Source of the DNA: an uncultured Eubacteriales bacterium
GTDB taxonomy: Bacteria; Bacillota; Clostridia; Oscillospirales; Acutalibacteraceae
DNA: 38,506 bases
Direction of reading: 5' to 3'
NCBI GenBank assembly: GCA_934476025.1
Contig: CAKSNI010000001.1
Span: 1-38,506, forward strand
In this document: in pieces, positions 16,308-26,500 of the stretch
Layout: each line of letters starts with the position of its first letter
How positions within the stretch are numbered: the stretch's first letter is position 1
Translations under genes and position numbers: made by a program
The notes under the pieces: model-generated
Told to the model about the DNA's origin: nothing
Databases searched by the model: none
What the model saw: the letters and a program-made list of their open reading frames with translations, nothing else

Positions 16308-17246
16308 ATGTGGCTCGGTTTGGATATCGGCGGCACCAAATGTGCCGTTCTCGCCGGAAAACTTACCTCCTCCGGCATGGTTGTTTGTGAAAAAAAGGTT
16401 TTTGCCACGGCAGAGGCTCCCGATCCGCGGCAAATGCTGCCGCTGCTCATTCGGGCCGGAAAAGAAATTTGTCCAAATCCGAAGGCCGTCGGGGTTTCCT
16501 GCGGCGGTCCGCTGGATGCCGAACGGGGAGTGATTCTTTCTCCGCCGAATCTGCCGGGGTGGGATGAAGTTCCGATTTGCCGGATGCTTCGGGAGGCTTT
16601 TGACTGCCCGGCGGTGCTTTGCAACGATGCCGATGCCTGTGCGCTGGCCGAATGGAAATTCGGAGCCGGAGCCGGCTGCCGCAACCTGGTATTTCTGACC
16701 TTTGGAACCGGGCTGGGGGCCGGCCTGATTCTCAACGGGGCTCTGTACCCCGGGAGCTGCGGCATGGCCGGAGAAATCGGCCATGTCCGACTGAGAAAAA
16801 CCGGCCCGATCGGCTACGGAAAGCCCGGCAGTGCCGAAGGCTTTTGCAGCGGAGGGGGCATTGCCCAACAGCTTCACGCCGCCGGAATCCGTGACCGGTT
16901 TCCCACCGCGGCGGCGGCCGCGGCCGCCGCCCGGGCCGGAGAACCCGTGGCGCAGGCTGTTTTTTATAAGTGCGGTGAGCATCTCGGGGAAATCTGTTCC
17001 CTTCTGATTGATTTGCTCAACCCCGAAAAAATCGTCATCGGCAGCATTTTTGCCCGGTGCGAAGATTTGCTGCGTGAGCCCATGCAGCAGATCATTGACC
17101 GGGAGGCTCTCTCTCGGTCCGCCCGGGCCTGTTCGGTGGTTCCGGCCGCTTTGGGAGAAACTCTCGGGGATGTGGCCGCACTGGCCGTCGCCGCCGATCC
17201 GGCCGCGCGGCAGAATTTTTCGATGTCAAGGAGGAAGGAAAAATGA
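16308..17246 (+). CDS. ROK-family sugar kinase
   Basis: MWLGLDIGGTKCAV phosphate-1 motif, with CNDADACALAE and TFGTGLGAGLI. A GGAGG RBS precedes ATG 16308. Confidence 0.85.
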   Translation: MWLGLDIGGTKCAVLAGKLTSSGMVVCEKKVFATAEAPDPRQMLPLLIRAGKEICPNPKAVGVSCGGPLDAERGVILSPPNLPGWDEVPICRMLREAFDCPAVLCNDADACALAEWKFGAGAGCRNLVFLTFGTGLGAGLILNGALYPGSCGMAGEIGHVRLRKTGPIGYGKPGSAEGFCSGGGIAQQLHAAGIRDRFPTAAAAAAAARAGEPVAQAVFYKCGEHLGEICSLLIDLLNPEKIVIGSIFARCEDLLREPMQQIIDREALSRSARACSVVPAALGETLGDVAALAVAADPAARQNFSMSRRKEK

Positions 17247-18754
17247 TCACACAGGCCGGTTTATTACAGCGGTTTCCCGATTTGGATCCATCGGTTCTGA
17301 CCGCCGCCAAAAGCCTGCTGATTGAAACCTTCGGGCAGGGCGGAAAGCTGCTCATCGCCGGCAACGGCGGCAGCAGCGCCGACGGGGAACACATCGCCGG
17401 AGAACTGATGAAGGGATTTCTTCTTCGCCGTACCCCGGAGGAATCTCTGCTTCGTGCCGTTTGTGATGCCGGTCTTCCGCGGGAAAAGGCCGAAAAACTG
17501 CAGAAAGGGCTTCCCTGTCTGCCTCTTGCCGCTTTTTCCTCCCTTTGTACCGCCGTATCCAACGACAGGGATCCTGCCCTGATTTTTGCCCAGGCCGTCC
17601 TGGCACTCGGACGAAAAGGGGACTGCCTGCTGGCCCTGAGCACCTCCGGCAATTCGGAAAATGTAGTGGCAGCCGCTCAGGTGGCCCGCGCCCTCGGGCT
17701 GCGGGTGCTTTCTCTGACCGGGAAAACCGGCGGCCGCCTAAAGGCTCTTTCGGACTGCTGTCTGTGTGTCGGCGAAACCGAAACCTATCGGGTTCAGGAG
17801 ATGCATCTGCCGGTTTACCACTGGCTTTGCGCCGAAATCGAACAGCATTTTTACGGACAGGAAAGCGCTTCCCCGTTTTCGGAATCAACCCAAAAACGCG
17901 AAACGCCGCCCGTCGGGGTCAGTACCTGTTTGTGCAAAAAAACGGGGGAGGAATTCTTCCGGCAATGCCGGGAGGCCGGTGTTACCCATCTGGAGCTTTC
18001 CTTTTCCACCTATGAAAAATCCATGGCCATCGATTTTGCCCGGTATCGGGATTGGGCCGATCGCTACGGGCTGACTTTATGGTCGATGCATCTGCCCTTC
18101 CTGCCCTTTTCCACCCTGAATCCGGCCAGCGACGACGAAACCGTTCGCCGGTTTACCGTCGGCTTTTTTGAACAGCTGATGAAGGAAGCGCACGAACAGG
18201 CCGGCATTTCCCGGTTTGTTCTGCACCCGAGCGGCGAGCCGATTCACGAACGCGACCGGGAAATGATGATGAAACAGGCGGTTATATCGCTGCGGGAACT
18301 GTGCGATATCGCCCGGGGGTTGGGCTGCGTGATTGCGGTGGAGAACCTTCCGCGAACCTGCCTTGGCCGGGATGCCGACGATATGGCCGAATTGCTGGCC
18401 GCCGATCCCGATTTACGATTTTGTCTTGACAACAACCATCTTGCCGGGCAGCCCTACGGGGAATTTCTCCGGCGGTTCGCCCATCGTCTGGAAACGGTGC
18501 ATCTTTCCGATTATTACGGAAAAGACGAATGCCATTTGCTCCCCGGAGAGGGAACGGTGGATTTTTCCGGGCTGCTTTCCGAGCTGGTCCGTATCGGATA
18601 TACCGGTCCGTTTTTATATGAAGTTTCCCCCGGGAAACCGGAAAACGGACAATTTGCCGCGATTTCTCCGTTGGGCACCCGTCTTTTAACCCGAAAAGCC
18701 CAGCTGACCCCAAAGGATATCCGGGATGCATTCGACCGGTTTTTTGCCGGATAA
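17243..18754 (+). CDS. fusion protein: GmhA-like SIS sugar-phosphate isomerase domain + xylose-isomerase-like TIM-barrel (sugar phosphate isomerase/epimerase) domain
   Basis: The N-terminal half has GNGGSSADGEHIAGEL, STSGNSENV and QEMHLPVYHWLC (GmhA pattern). The C-terminal half has HLELSF, WSMHLPF, VLHPSGEP, VENLPR and HLSDY. The start overlaps the ROK stop (ATGA). Confidence 0.8.
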   Translation: MITQAGLLQRFPDLDPSVLTAAKSLLIETFGQGGKLLIAGNGGSSADGEHIAGELMKGFLLRRTPEESLLRAVCDAGLPREKAEKLQKGLPCLPLAAFSSLCTAVSNDRDPALIFAQAVLALGRKGDCLLALSTSGNSENVVAAAQVARALGLRVLSLTGKTGGRLKALSDCCLCVGETETYRVQEMHLPVYHWLCAEIEQHFYGQESASPFSESTQKRETPPVGVSTCLCKKTGEEFFRQCREAGVTHLELSFSTYEKSMAIDFARYRDWADRYGLTLWSMHLPFLPFSTLNPASDDETVRRFTVGFFEQLMKEAHEQAGISRFVLHPSGEPIHERDREMMMKQAVISLRELCDIARGLGCVIAVENLPRTCLGRDADDMAELLAADPDLRFCLDNNHLAGQPYGEFLRRFAHRLETVHLSDYYGKDECHLLPGEGTVDFSGLLSELVRIGYTGPFLYEVSPGKPENGQFAAISPLGTRLLTRKAQLTPKDIRDAFDRFFAG

Positions 18755-18785
18755 AAATAAACATAATTTTCAGGAGGAAAATACG

Positions 18786-19625
18786 ATGTTAGTCAATTTG
18801 AATGATGTTTTGCCGCAGGCCCAAAAGGAACACTACGGGGTCGGCCTTTTCAACACCATCAACCTGGAAATGGCCCAGGGGGTTCTTGCCGCCGCGCAGG
18901 AAACCGGTTCCCCGGTCATTATCGGAACCGCCGAAGTGCTGCTGAACTGCTCTTCCCTTTTCGAACTTTCGGGAATGCTGCTGCCGCTGGCCAAAAAAGC
19001 CGAGGTTCCGGTGGTTCTGCACTTTGATCACGGTCTGACCGAAGAAAAGGTCAAAGAAGCCATCGACTGCGGATTCACCTCGGTTATGTATGACTGTTCC
19101 ACCCTCTCTTTTGAGGAAAACATCGCCGCCGTGGCCAAAATGGTGGAATATGCCCATGCCCGGGGCGTTACCGTAGAGGGAGAACTCGGCCATGTCGGTT
19201 CCAACGCCAACGCCGCGGACGAAAGCATTTATACCGATCCGGACAAGGCCGCCGAATTTGCCCGCCGCACCGGAGTGGATGCCCTGGCCGTTGCCATCGG
19301 CACGGCCCACGGAACCTATCATTCCAAACCGAAACTCGCTTTGGATGTGCTGGAAAAAATTGCCGCTGCCGTGGAGGTTCCGCTGGTTCTGCATGGCGGA
19401 AGCGGTCTGAGCGACGAAGATTTTAAGGCCTGCATTGCCAGAGGCATTGCGAAGGTCAACATCTTCACCGATTTGAATATCGCCGCCGAAAAGGCTGCTT
19501 ATGACGGCTACCGGGAGGGTCTCGGCTACAGCAAGGTGATGCCGTCCGTTACGGCGGCGGTTCATGATGCCGCCCTAAAAAAAATGACCGTCTTTGAAAG
19601 CGGCCGCTATAAGGAGATTCTCTGA
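18786..19625 (+). CDS. class II ketose-bisphosphate aldolase (FBA/tagatose-bisphosphate aldolase family)
   Basis: Motifs HFDHG, GFTSVMYD, EGELGHVG, AIGTAHGTY and LVLHGGSG. A GGAGGA RBS precedes ATG 18786. Confidence 0.9.
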   Translation: MLVNLNDVLPQAQKEHYGVGLFNTINLEMAQGVLAAAQETGSPVIIGTAEVLLNCSSLFELSGMLLPLAKKAEVPVVLHFDHGLTEEKVKEAIDCGFTSVMYDCSTLSFEENIAAVAKMVEYAHARGVTVEGELGHVGSNANAADESIYTDPDKAAEFARRTGVDALAVAIGTAHGTYHSKPKLALDVLEKIAAAVEVPLVLHGGSGLSDEDFKACIARGIAKVNIFTDLNIAAEKAAYDGYREGLGYSKVMPSVTAAVHDAALKKMTVFESGRYKEIL

Positions 19626-20410
19626 TGCCGTACTCGTGGATTCAGATTCTGTGGTTTTTTCTGATTTATGCCTTTCTCGGATGGTGTTCCGAAGTGGTCT
19701 TTGCCGCCGTACACCGGGGCGTGTTTGTCAACCGCGGTTTTTTAAACGGCCCGGTTTGCCCGATTTACGGATTCGGTGTCACCGGCATTGCGGTAGCCTT
19801 GTACCCCATTGCCTCCAATACCGCCCTGTTGTTTCTCGGTTCGGTGCTGCTGACCAGCTTTATCGAATGGCTGACGGGGTTTGTTCTTGAAAAAATTTTT
19901 CATCAAAAATGGTGGGATTATTCCGAACGCCCTTTCAATGTGAAAGGCTATATCTGTCTGGAATTCTCCCTGCTTTGGGGCTTGGCCGGGGTATTTGTCA
20001 TCCGGGTGGTTCATGCCCCGATTGCCGCTCTGACCCAGAAACTTCCCTTCCGCCTTTCGGTGATTCTGCTCTGTGTGCTGTATGCCATTTTCCTTGCGGA
20101 CTTTTTGCTGACCCTGATCGAATTGCTGAAGCTGCCGAAAAAGATCCGTGCCATGCAGGAAACCGAAAAGCAGCTCAATGCCCTTTCAGAAAAAATCGGC
20201 GGAAAATTGTCTGATACCGCCATTCGGCTCAAGGAAAAGAGCGGCGAAGTCCGGGAAAAATGGGATCAGTCGGAAACCAAAGAGGAACTGGAAAAGAAAA
20301 AACAACGGTTGGAGGAAAAATACCGGGCGCTTTCCGAAAAGAAGAGTTTTACCCATCGCCGTATTTTGAAAGCCTTCCCGAATCTTACCGATCGGCTGCG
20401 TAAAAAATAA
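19625..20410 (+). CDS. polytopic membrane protein of the 'putative ABC-transporter type IV' (CmpB/DUF1113-like) family with a charged coiled-coil tail
   Basis: FLIYAFLGWCSEVVF...GPVCPIYGFG signature, several TM helices and a Lys/Glu-rich C-terminus. The start overlaps the aldolase stop (TGATG). Confidence 0.7.
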   Translation: MPYSWIQILWFFLIYAFLGWCSEVVFAAVHRGVFVNRGFLNGPVCPIYGFGVTGIAVALYPIASNTALLFLGSVLLTSFIEWLTGFVLEKIFHQKWWDYSERPFNVKGYICLEFSLLWGLAGVFVIRVVHAPIAALTQKLPFRLSVILLCVLYAIFLADFLLTLIELLKLPKKIRAMQETEKQLNALSEKIGGKLSDTAIRLKEKSGEVREKWDQSETKEELEKKKQRLEEKYRALSEKKSFTHRRILKAFPNLTDRLRKK

Positions 20411-20443
20411 TCCGCCCGACGGATGGTTTGCAAAGTCCCCGGC

Positions 20444-20483
20444 TCCCTCTGACGAGGGAGCCGGGGACTTTTTGAATTTTCCG
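20444..20483 (+). terminator. strong rho-independent terminator (16-bp stem) ending the sugar operon
   Basis: AGTCCCCGGCTCCCTC-tgac-GAGGGAGCCGGGGACT-TTTT. Confidence 0.85.
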
Positions 20484-20540
20484 ACCTGTACACGCCAAAT
20501 CAAAAACGGGCAAAGCGAGGGGCGGAAACGAAGGTTTTTG

Positions 20541-20700
20541 CGAAGGGAGAGAAAAGAAAAAAGCCTTGATGCAGCCGATTATTTTATTGCCATACCGGCC
20601 CCATTTCGCCCAAATTGCGGAGTGCTTTTTTGCGGTTTGCACGCTTCAAACGCCCTCCCTCAGTCGGCTGCGCTGACATCCCTTTCAGAGGGAGGCGGGG
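20541..20700. repeat. intergenic repeat, copy A (~160 nt)
   Basis: It shares the 5' module CGAAGGGAGAGAAAAGAAAAAGCCTTG and the 3' module GCTGCGCTGACATCCCTTTCAGAGGGAG-CGGGG with 34698-34855. The middle is alignable but diverged. Confidence 0.8.
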
Positions 20701-21292
20701 CCTTTTTTGAATTTTCCGGCCGGAACAGGCTATAACAATAGCCGTTTTCAAAAAAAGTCCGGCATTCCCCGGCAAGATCGGCCGGGCAGACGGCGTGAAA
20801 ATCCGTTATTCCGGTTCCCACGGCTTTAAAATAGGCTTCTTTGGCGGTCCACCCGGCAAAAAAGCGGCGCAGCCATTCCTCGTCGTAAACCATTTCTCCC
20901 GGTGCGGCCTCCAGGGGGGGCCAGCCGGCCCGTTCCCTTTCGGAAAACACCCGATCAAACAGCCGCCGACGCACCGGGCGGATGCGTTCCACATCGGCCC
21001 CCACCGGGACATCGCTGACCGCGCAGAACGCCCGATCGGCACTGTGGGAAAGGCTGACAAACAGCGGCGAATCCGCAAGGAAAGGCTGCCCGGAGGGGCG
21101 TTTTTGAATCTGCCGCATTTCGCAGCCGGCCAGTTCGGCACAAAGTTTCCTTGCCAACAGGCTGCGCTCTTGGGCGTCGGGCCCTTTTCGGGCCAGTATT
21201 TCCGCCTGTTGAGTCGGGGACAGTTTTCCAAAAAGGTTTTCGTAATCCTGCCGGGAAAGTTCCCGGATAGACTGTGACAAAAATTGCAGCAT
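20660..21292 (-). CDS. 4'-phosphopantetheinyl transferase (Sfp type)
   Basis: Motifs VSLSHS, GADVE and WTAKEAYFKAVG. ATG 21292 lies directly after the uvrB stop. The last ~19 codons lie inside repeat copy A. Confidence 0.85.
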   Translation of the reverse strand: MLQFLSQSIRELSRQDYENLFGKLSPTQQAEILARKGPDAQERSLLARKLCAELAGCEMRQIQKRPSGQPFLADSPLFVSLSHSADRAFCAVSDVPVGADVERIRPVRRRLFDRVFSERERAGWPPLEAAPGEMVYDEEWLRRFFAGWTAKEAYFKAVGTGITDFHAVCPADLAGECRTFFENGYCYSLFRPENSKKAPPPSERDVSAAD

Positions 21293-21295
21293 CAA

Positions 21296-23254
21296 TTATT
21301 TTTCCTTTTGCAAACGCTGAATTTGATCCCGTAGTTTGGCGGCATATTCGAATTCCAGCATCCGGGCCGCTTCCTGCATCTGACGGGTAAGCGAACGGAT
21401 CTGGGCTTCCCGCATTTCCTTGGTAAGGTGTTCCTTCTTTCTTCCGGGAACTTTGGAGGAAGAAATTTCCAGAACATCCCGCACCTCTTTAACCACCGTT
21501 TTGGGGGTGATGCCGTGCCGGGCGTTATATTCCTGCTGAATTTCCCGACGGCGCTGCGTTTCCACAATGGCCCGTTCCATGGAATCGGTTACGGTATCGG
21601 CATACATAATCACGGTTCCGCCGGCATTTCGCGCCGCCCGTCCGATGGTCTGAATCAGGGAGGTTTCACTTCGCAAAAATCCCTCTTTGTCGGCATCCAG
21701 AATGGCCACCAGCGAAACTTCCGGAATATCCAGCCCCTCCCGAAGGAGGTTGATGCCGACCAGCACATCAAATTCGCCGTTACGCAGATCCCGGATGATT
21801 TCCATGCGTTCCACCGTATCGATATCGTGATGCATATAGCGAACCCGAATGCCGGCATCGGTCAGAAATTCCGTAAGATCCTCTGCCATTTTTTTGGTAA
21901 GGGTAGTCACCAGCACCCGTTCTTTGCGTTCGCATCGCAGATGGATTTCCCCGATGAGATCGTCCATCTGCCCTTCGCTTTCCCGAACCGAAATTTCCGG
22001 ATCCAAAAGCCCGGTCGGGCGAATGACCTGTTCCACGATTTGAGCGGCTTTTTGCTTTTCAAATTCGCCGGGGGTGGCCGAAACAAAGACAGCCTGATGA
22101 ATATGCCGGTAAAATTCCTCAAAATTCAGCGGGCGGTTGTCATAGGCGCTTTCCAGGCGGAAACCGTATTGCACCAGATTTTCCTTTCGGGCCCGGTCCC
22201 CTCCGTACATTCCCCGGACCTGCGGCAGGGTGACATGGGATTCATCCACAAAAAGCAGAAAATCATCGGGGAAATAATCCAGCAGAGTACAGGGAGTGCT
22301 GCCCCGTTTGCGCCCGGCCAGAACCCCCGAATAGTTTTCGATGCCCTTGCAGGTACCGACTTCCCGGAGCATTTCCATATCGTATTCGGTGCGCTGGCGG
22401 ATGCGCTGCGCCTCAATCAGCTTGCCGTTTTCGGTGAAGTAGCGCACCCGATCTTCCATTTCCTCCAAAATCCGCGCAATCCCCTGCTCCTGTTTTTCGG
22501 GCGGAATGATATAGTGAGAAGCCGGATAGATGGCGACATGGCTGAGGGTGTTTTTGACCTCTCCGGTCAGCACATTGATTTCGGAAATCCGGTCGATTTC
22601 GTCCCCGAAAAATTCCACCCGAATGGCGTTTTCATAGGAATAAGCCGGGTAAATATCCACCGTATCGCCCCGAACCCGGAATTTGTTGCGTACAAAATTG
22701 ATATCGTTTCGTTCATACTGCAGCGCCACCAATTTTCGAACCAGTTCATCCCGTTCTTTCTGCATTCCCCGGCGCAGGGAAATCACCATTTTCCGGTAAT
22801 CAATCGGGTCGCCGAGGGTATAAATGCAGGAAACGCTGGCCACGATGATGACATCCCGGCGCTCCGAAAGGGCGCAGGTCGCACTGTGCCGCAATTTGTC
22901 GATTTCATCGTTGATGGCGGAATCCTTTTCGATATAGGTATCCGTGCCGGGAATATAGGCTTCCGGCTGATAATAATCGTAATACGATACAAAATACTCC
23001 ACCGCATTCTCCGGGAAAAATTCTCTGAACTCACTGCAAAGTTGTGCGGCAAGGGTTTTATTATGAGCCAAAACCAGTGTGGGGCGGTTGACATTGGCAA
23101 TCACATTGGCCATTGTGAAGGTCTTTCCCGAACCGGTGACGCCCAGCAAAACCTGCTCTTTCATGCCCTGATTGATTCCGTCGGTCAGCTTTTCTATCGC
23201 CTGGGGCTGATCGCCGGTCGGCTGATAGGGAGAAACCAATTGAAAATGATCCAT
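21296..23254 (-). CDS. uvrB: excinuclease ABC subunit B
   Basis: Walker [16 protein letters not shown] helicase motif II, and a C-terminal UVR domain ([16 protein letters not shown]). 652 aa. Confidence 0.97.
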   Translation of the reverse strand: MDHFQLVSPYQPTGDQPQAIEKLTDGINQGMKEQVLLGVTGSGKTFTMANVIANVNRPTLVLAHNKTLAAQLCSEFREFFPENAVEYFVSYYDYYQPEAYIPGTDTYIEKDSAINDEIDKLRHSATCALSERRDVIIVASVSCIYTLGDPIDYRKMVISLRRGMQKERDELVRKLVALQYERNDINFVRNKFRVRGDTVDIYPAYSYENAIRVEFFGDEIDRISEINVLTGEVKNTLSHVAIYPASHYIIPPEKQEQGIARILEEMEDRVRYFTENGKLIEAQRIRQRTEYDMEMLREVGTCKGIENYSGVLAGRKRGSTPCTLLDYFPDDFLLFVDESHVTLPQVRGMYGGDRARKENLVQYGFRLESAYDNRPLNFEEFYRHIHQAVFVSATPGEFEKQKAAQIVEQVIRPTGLLDPEISVRESEGQMDDLIGEIHLRCERKERVLVTTLTKKMAEDLTEFLTDAGIRVRYMHHDIDTVERMEIIRDLRNGEFDVLVGINLLREGLDIPEVSLVAILDADKEGFLRSETSLIQTIGRAARNAGGTVIMYADTVTDSMERAIVETQRRREIQQEYNARHGITPKTVVKEVRDVLEISSSKVPGRKKEHLTKEMREAQIRSLTRQMQEAARMLEFEYAAKLRDQIQRLQKEK

Positions 23255-23471
23255 GCATATCCTCTTTCTTTCCGATTCTCACGCTTTTTCTCTTTGGGCC
23301 AAAGCCGGCCCGGGCAGCCTTATTTCGGCAAAAATTCCGCCGGTTTTCCCCGGGTGGCCGCTTCAAAAGCACCCTCTCAGATTCCGAAAGCGGAATCTGC
23401 CCCTTTTCCCGGGGCCTTTTGCCCGTCTGTTTTTTACTATAACACACCCAAAGGAAAATAACAAGAAAACC

Positions 23472-23508
23472 GAAAAATTTCCGCCGCCGGGAACCCCCGA
23501 CGGCGGAA
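23472..23508 (-). terminator. rho-independent terminator downstream of the esterase gene
   Basis: The minus strand reads TTCCGCCG...CGGCGGAA followed by ATTTTTCGGTTTTC. Confidence 0.7.
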
Positions 23509-23522
23509 AAAGAATGAATTTC

Positions 23523-26500
23523 TCAGTGCATCCGGCACACCAGATTCAGCGAATTCACATTCTGCTCATTCAAAGCAGTCCAGTTGATTTCGCCGTATTC
23601 GCTGACATAGCTGTCCCCCGATTCCGGATGGCTTCCGTCGGTATAAACATCAATATACAGCGTCTTGGTTTCCACATCGATACGCAGCGTAAAGTCATAG
23701 GTGCTGGAAGCGTCTTCACAGCGAATCTGCAAAAATTGCGTGTCGATCCTTCCGCTGTTCTTCAGCAGGTATTCGCCCTTGCCGTTGACATCGAATTTCA
23801 CCAGCAGTTCTCCGTTGGCATTGCGAACGGCCACGCCGTCGAAGGTAGACGAAGAGGTGAGAATCTTATAGAAGTTTTCGGCCGCTTCGGCACCCATTTC
23901 GTTGTAGCGGATCTGGGTATAGTGCATATTCGAATACATATAGTTGCAGCCCTTGAAGGAAGGAACCAGGTTATAGTTGGCCCCGTTCCACTCTTCCGGT
24001 GTCTGCGGAAGGGTATTTGCAAAGCTGGCATAACTGTCGCAGGATTCCGTCAGCCAGGAAACGGTGAACAAATCGTCGCGTTTGGCGCTCAAACGATACT
24101 GCGCCCGGCGGGCCATGGTCGAAGAAGCGCTCAGAACCTTGTTCAGCGAATTCGACACCCCACGGCAGGAGCGGACGGCAATAATGGTGCCGTACTGCAG
24201 CTGCGGGCAGTCCGCCATCAGATCGTTATGCATCTTTTCGTAGTACTGCGCGTACAGCTTGTCGTTATAAATGGTGTAGCGATTCGAATCAAAATTTGTT
24301 TCGTTGCTTTCTCCCTGGTTCCAGGCATAGAAAGTCGTGGCGATTTCGTAATTCTTCGAAAGAGCCGAATAGGTTTCGTTGAAGGCGTTGACGGCGCGCT
24401 TATACAGATAATAGCCGTCCCACGTATTCCAGCCTCGATCTTCGGAATTGTATTTCAATTCCTTATAATTGCCCTGCTCGTTGGCGTCCTTTTCCCACTG
24501 AGCCAATGAGGTCGAGCCAACGCCCAATTGCAGAACCACAACCTTTTCGCCACTGAGCTCATACCAGCGGGCCGCATAGGCCGGGGCAAAGCCGCCCTGT
24601 TTGGTACGGTAATTTGTGGAATATTCAAAAGCGGGAGAAAGCGAAGTCACCGCGCCGGAGGTGGACATATACACCGCCCCGTAGGGAGCTGCCGTCGGTT
24701 CCTCGCTGAGTTGCCACTTTCCGCCCGACTGTCTGACAATGCCCATTTCTTCCGCAAATCCGGCCCCTTCGGAGTTGCTCTGCCCGATCACCAGCATAAT
24801 AGCGATCCGTTCTTTTTTGTCGGGTTCGGAGTTGATCGCATCGGTTTTGGCCTGAACATCCGCCACACTGTAGGTAACGGTATCGGTATAGCAAACCGAT
24901 CCGTCCTCCAAAATCACATATCCGCGGAAGGAAATAGACCGGGTATCCTCTTTTTCAAGGCCGCTGACATACATACTGAATACCGTTTCGCCGGTTTCCT
25001 CGTTTCGGCTCCAACAGCTGTTCAGATCGTCCCCGATTTTCGAAATGCCCATGATGCCGTTTTTGCCAACCTGGCTGAGTTCCAGCGTTCCGCGGTTTTC
25101 AGTGGATTTGAGCAGGATGCCGCGCTGGACAACCCGGTAATCGATTCCGCTGACCGTAACGGCGCCATCGGCATTTTGCTTATAGGTGTAGAATACCCGC
25201 ATTGCCTGCGACCCGGCGGTTTCGGCTGCCTCGTCGGTCAGGATGCTGACACCCGAGAAATCCAAAAAGTCATAGGTAACCTTTTCCACCGAAATGCTGC
25301 TGATTTCAAAGTAGCTGAGCGGCATATTTTTCGCGTCATATCCATCCAGACATTTGTCACAGGTGGTATAAATTCCCACAAAGGGGATCGTGCCGCTTCC
25401 GAGATCTGCCGCCGTGAACTGCCAGGTCATGGTTTGTTCTTCGGTAGCGGCTTCGGTATACATTTTCCCTTCATTTCTGGAAAGAAGCGACTTGTTGGTA
25501 ATATCCTGATAGTCGGCCTTGTCCATACCGTAGCCGATGTACAGGAACATATTCTTGTGCTGCAGCTGCGGCAGGGTATATTTTACCGTCACCCGATAGG
25601 TGGTTCCGCTGCTCAGCCGGAGCAGTTCGCCGGTTTGCTGGTCATTGAAAAGATAGCTGCCGTTCTGAACCCAGGTTTGGTTGTTGCCCATCCGCAGTTT
25701 TCCGTCTACGGCACCCATGTTGTTCCAACCGTTGTTGGCATATTCCGTGCGGATAGTATCGCCGTCCATATACCAGGTCTTGCCGGTGCGTACCTGACCT
25801 GTAAAGGCGTTGTTGACCGAAAAGGAATCGGCCGCCCGGGTAAACTTGCCGTACAGCGTCAAATCTTCCATTTTGCAATAGGCCGAAGCATAGGGAGTGG
25901 TAAGATCCCGGTCGGTATACCAACCGGCAAATACGCCGACTTCCGTATCGCTGCCATCCCACAGCAGGGAGTTCGGAGCTACATCCTGCGCCCGGAGGGT
26001 TTGTTCCCCATTCATATAGGTAACCCGGATTTTTGTATTTTCATCTATATACCGGACATACAGCGTCAGCTCACGGCCGCTGACCGTGGTGGCGGAATAG
26101 TGGTTCAAAAACAGCGGATCGGTATACCAGCCGTTGAAAATATAGCCTTGCTTGGCCGGAGCCTGCATCAGTTCGGCCCCTTCATCCGTTATTTCCTGCT
26201 TCAGCAGCGTTTCGCCGTCATAATAGGAAACCCGGACAGGACAGGTGTCGGAATATACTTCCATGCTGTCAATATAGATCACGCTCGGAGAGGTCTTGGT
26301 TTCCCCGTTTTCGGTATAGCTGACATTGGCTGCCGAGAAGAAGATCCCGAGGTAATTGTCCAGCGCAACCGTACCGGATCCGTCGGCCTTTTTATACGCG
26401 AAAACATCACTGTCCCCGTTTTTGGCCGTGGTAAACCGAAGGGTTTGTTCATAATACTGCATTCCGCTGCGAGAAATATCAAAATCGGTATAATACCGGC

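Noticed and set aside
20472-20775. Small ORFs (87 aa, 85 aa, 63 aa) covering repeat copy A
   Set aside because: They are translations of the repeat element and terminator hairpins. There is no RBS, and the same 'peptides' arise at copy B in a non-coding context.
21428-23461. 677-aa plus-strand ORF antisense to uvrB; similar long antisense ORFs at 12811-14298, 24528-27374, 31549-34032 and 36372-38096
   Set aside because: All of them mirror well-supported minus-strand genes, lack RBS and motifs, and have odd composition. They are typical stop-codon-poor antisense frames of GC-biased coding DNA.
23255-23522. SOS (Cheo/LexA, CGAAC-N4-GTTCG) box upstream of uvrB
   Set aside because: No match was seen in the ~270-nt upstream region. 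Only a candidate promoter (TTGTTA-17-TATAGT) and the neighbouring gene's terminator are present.
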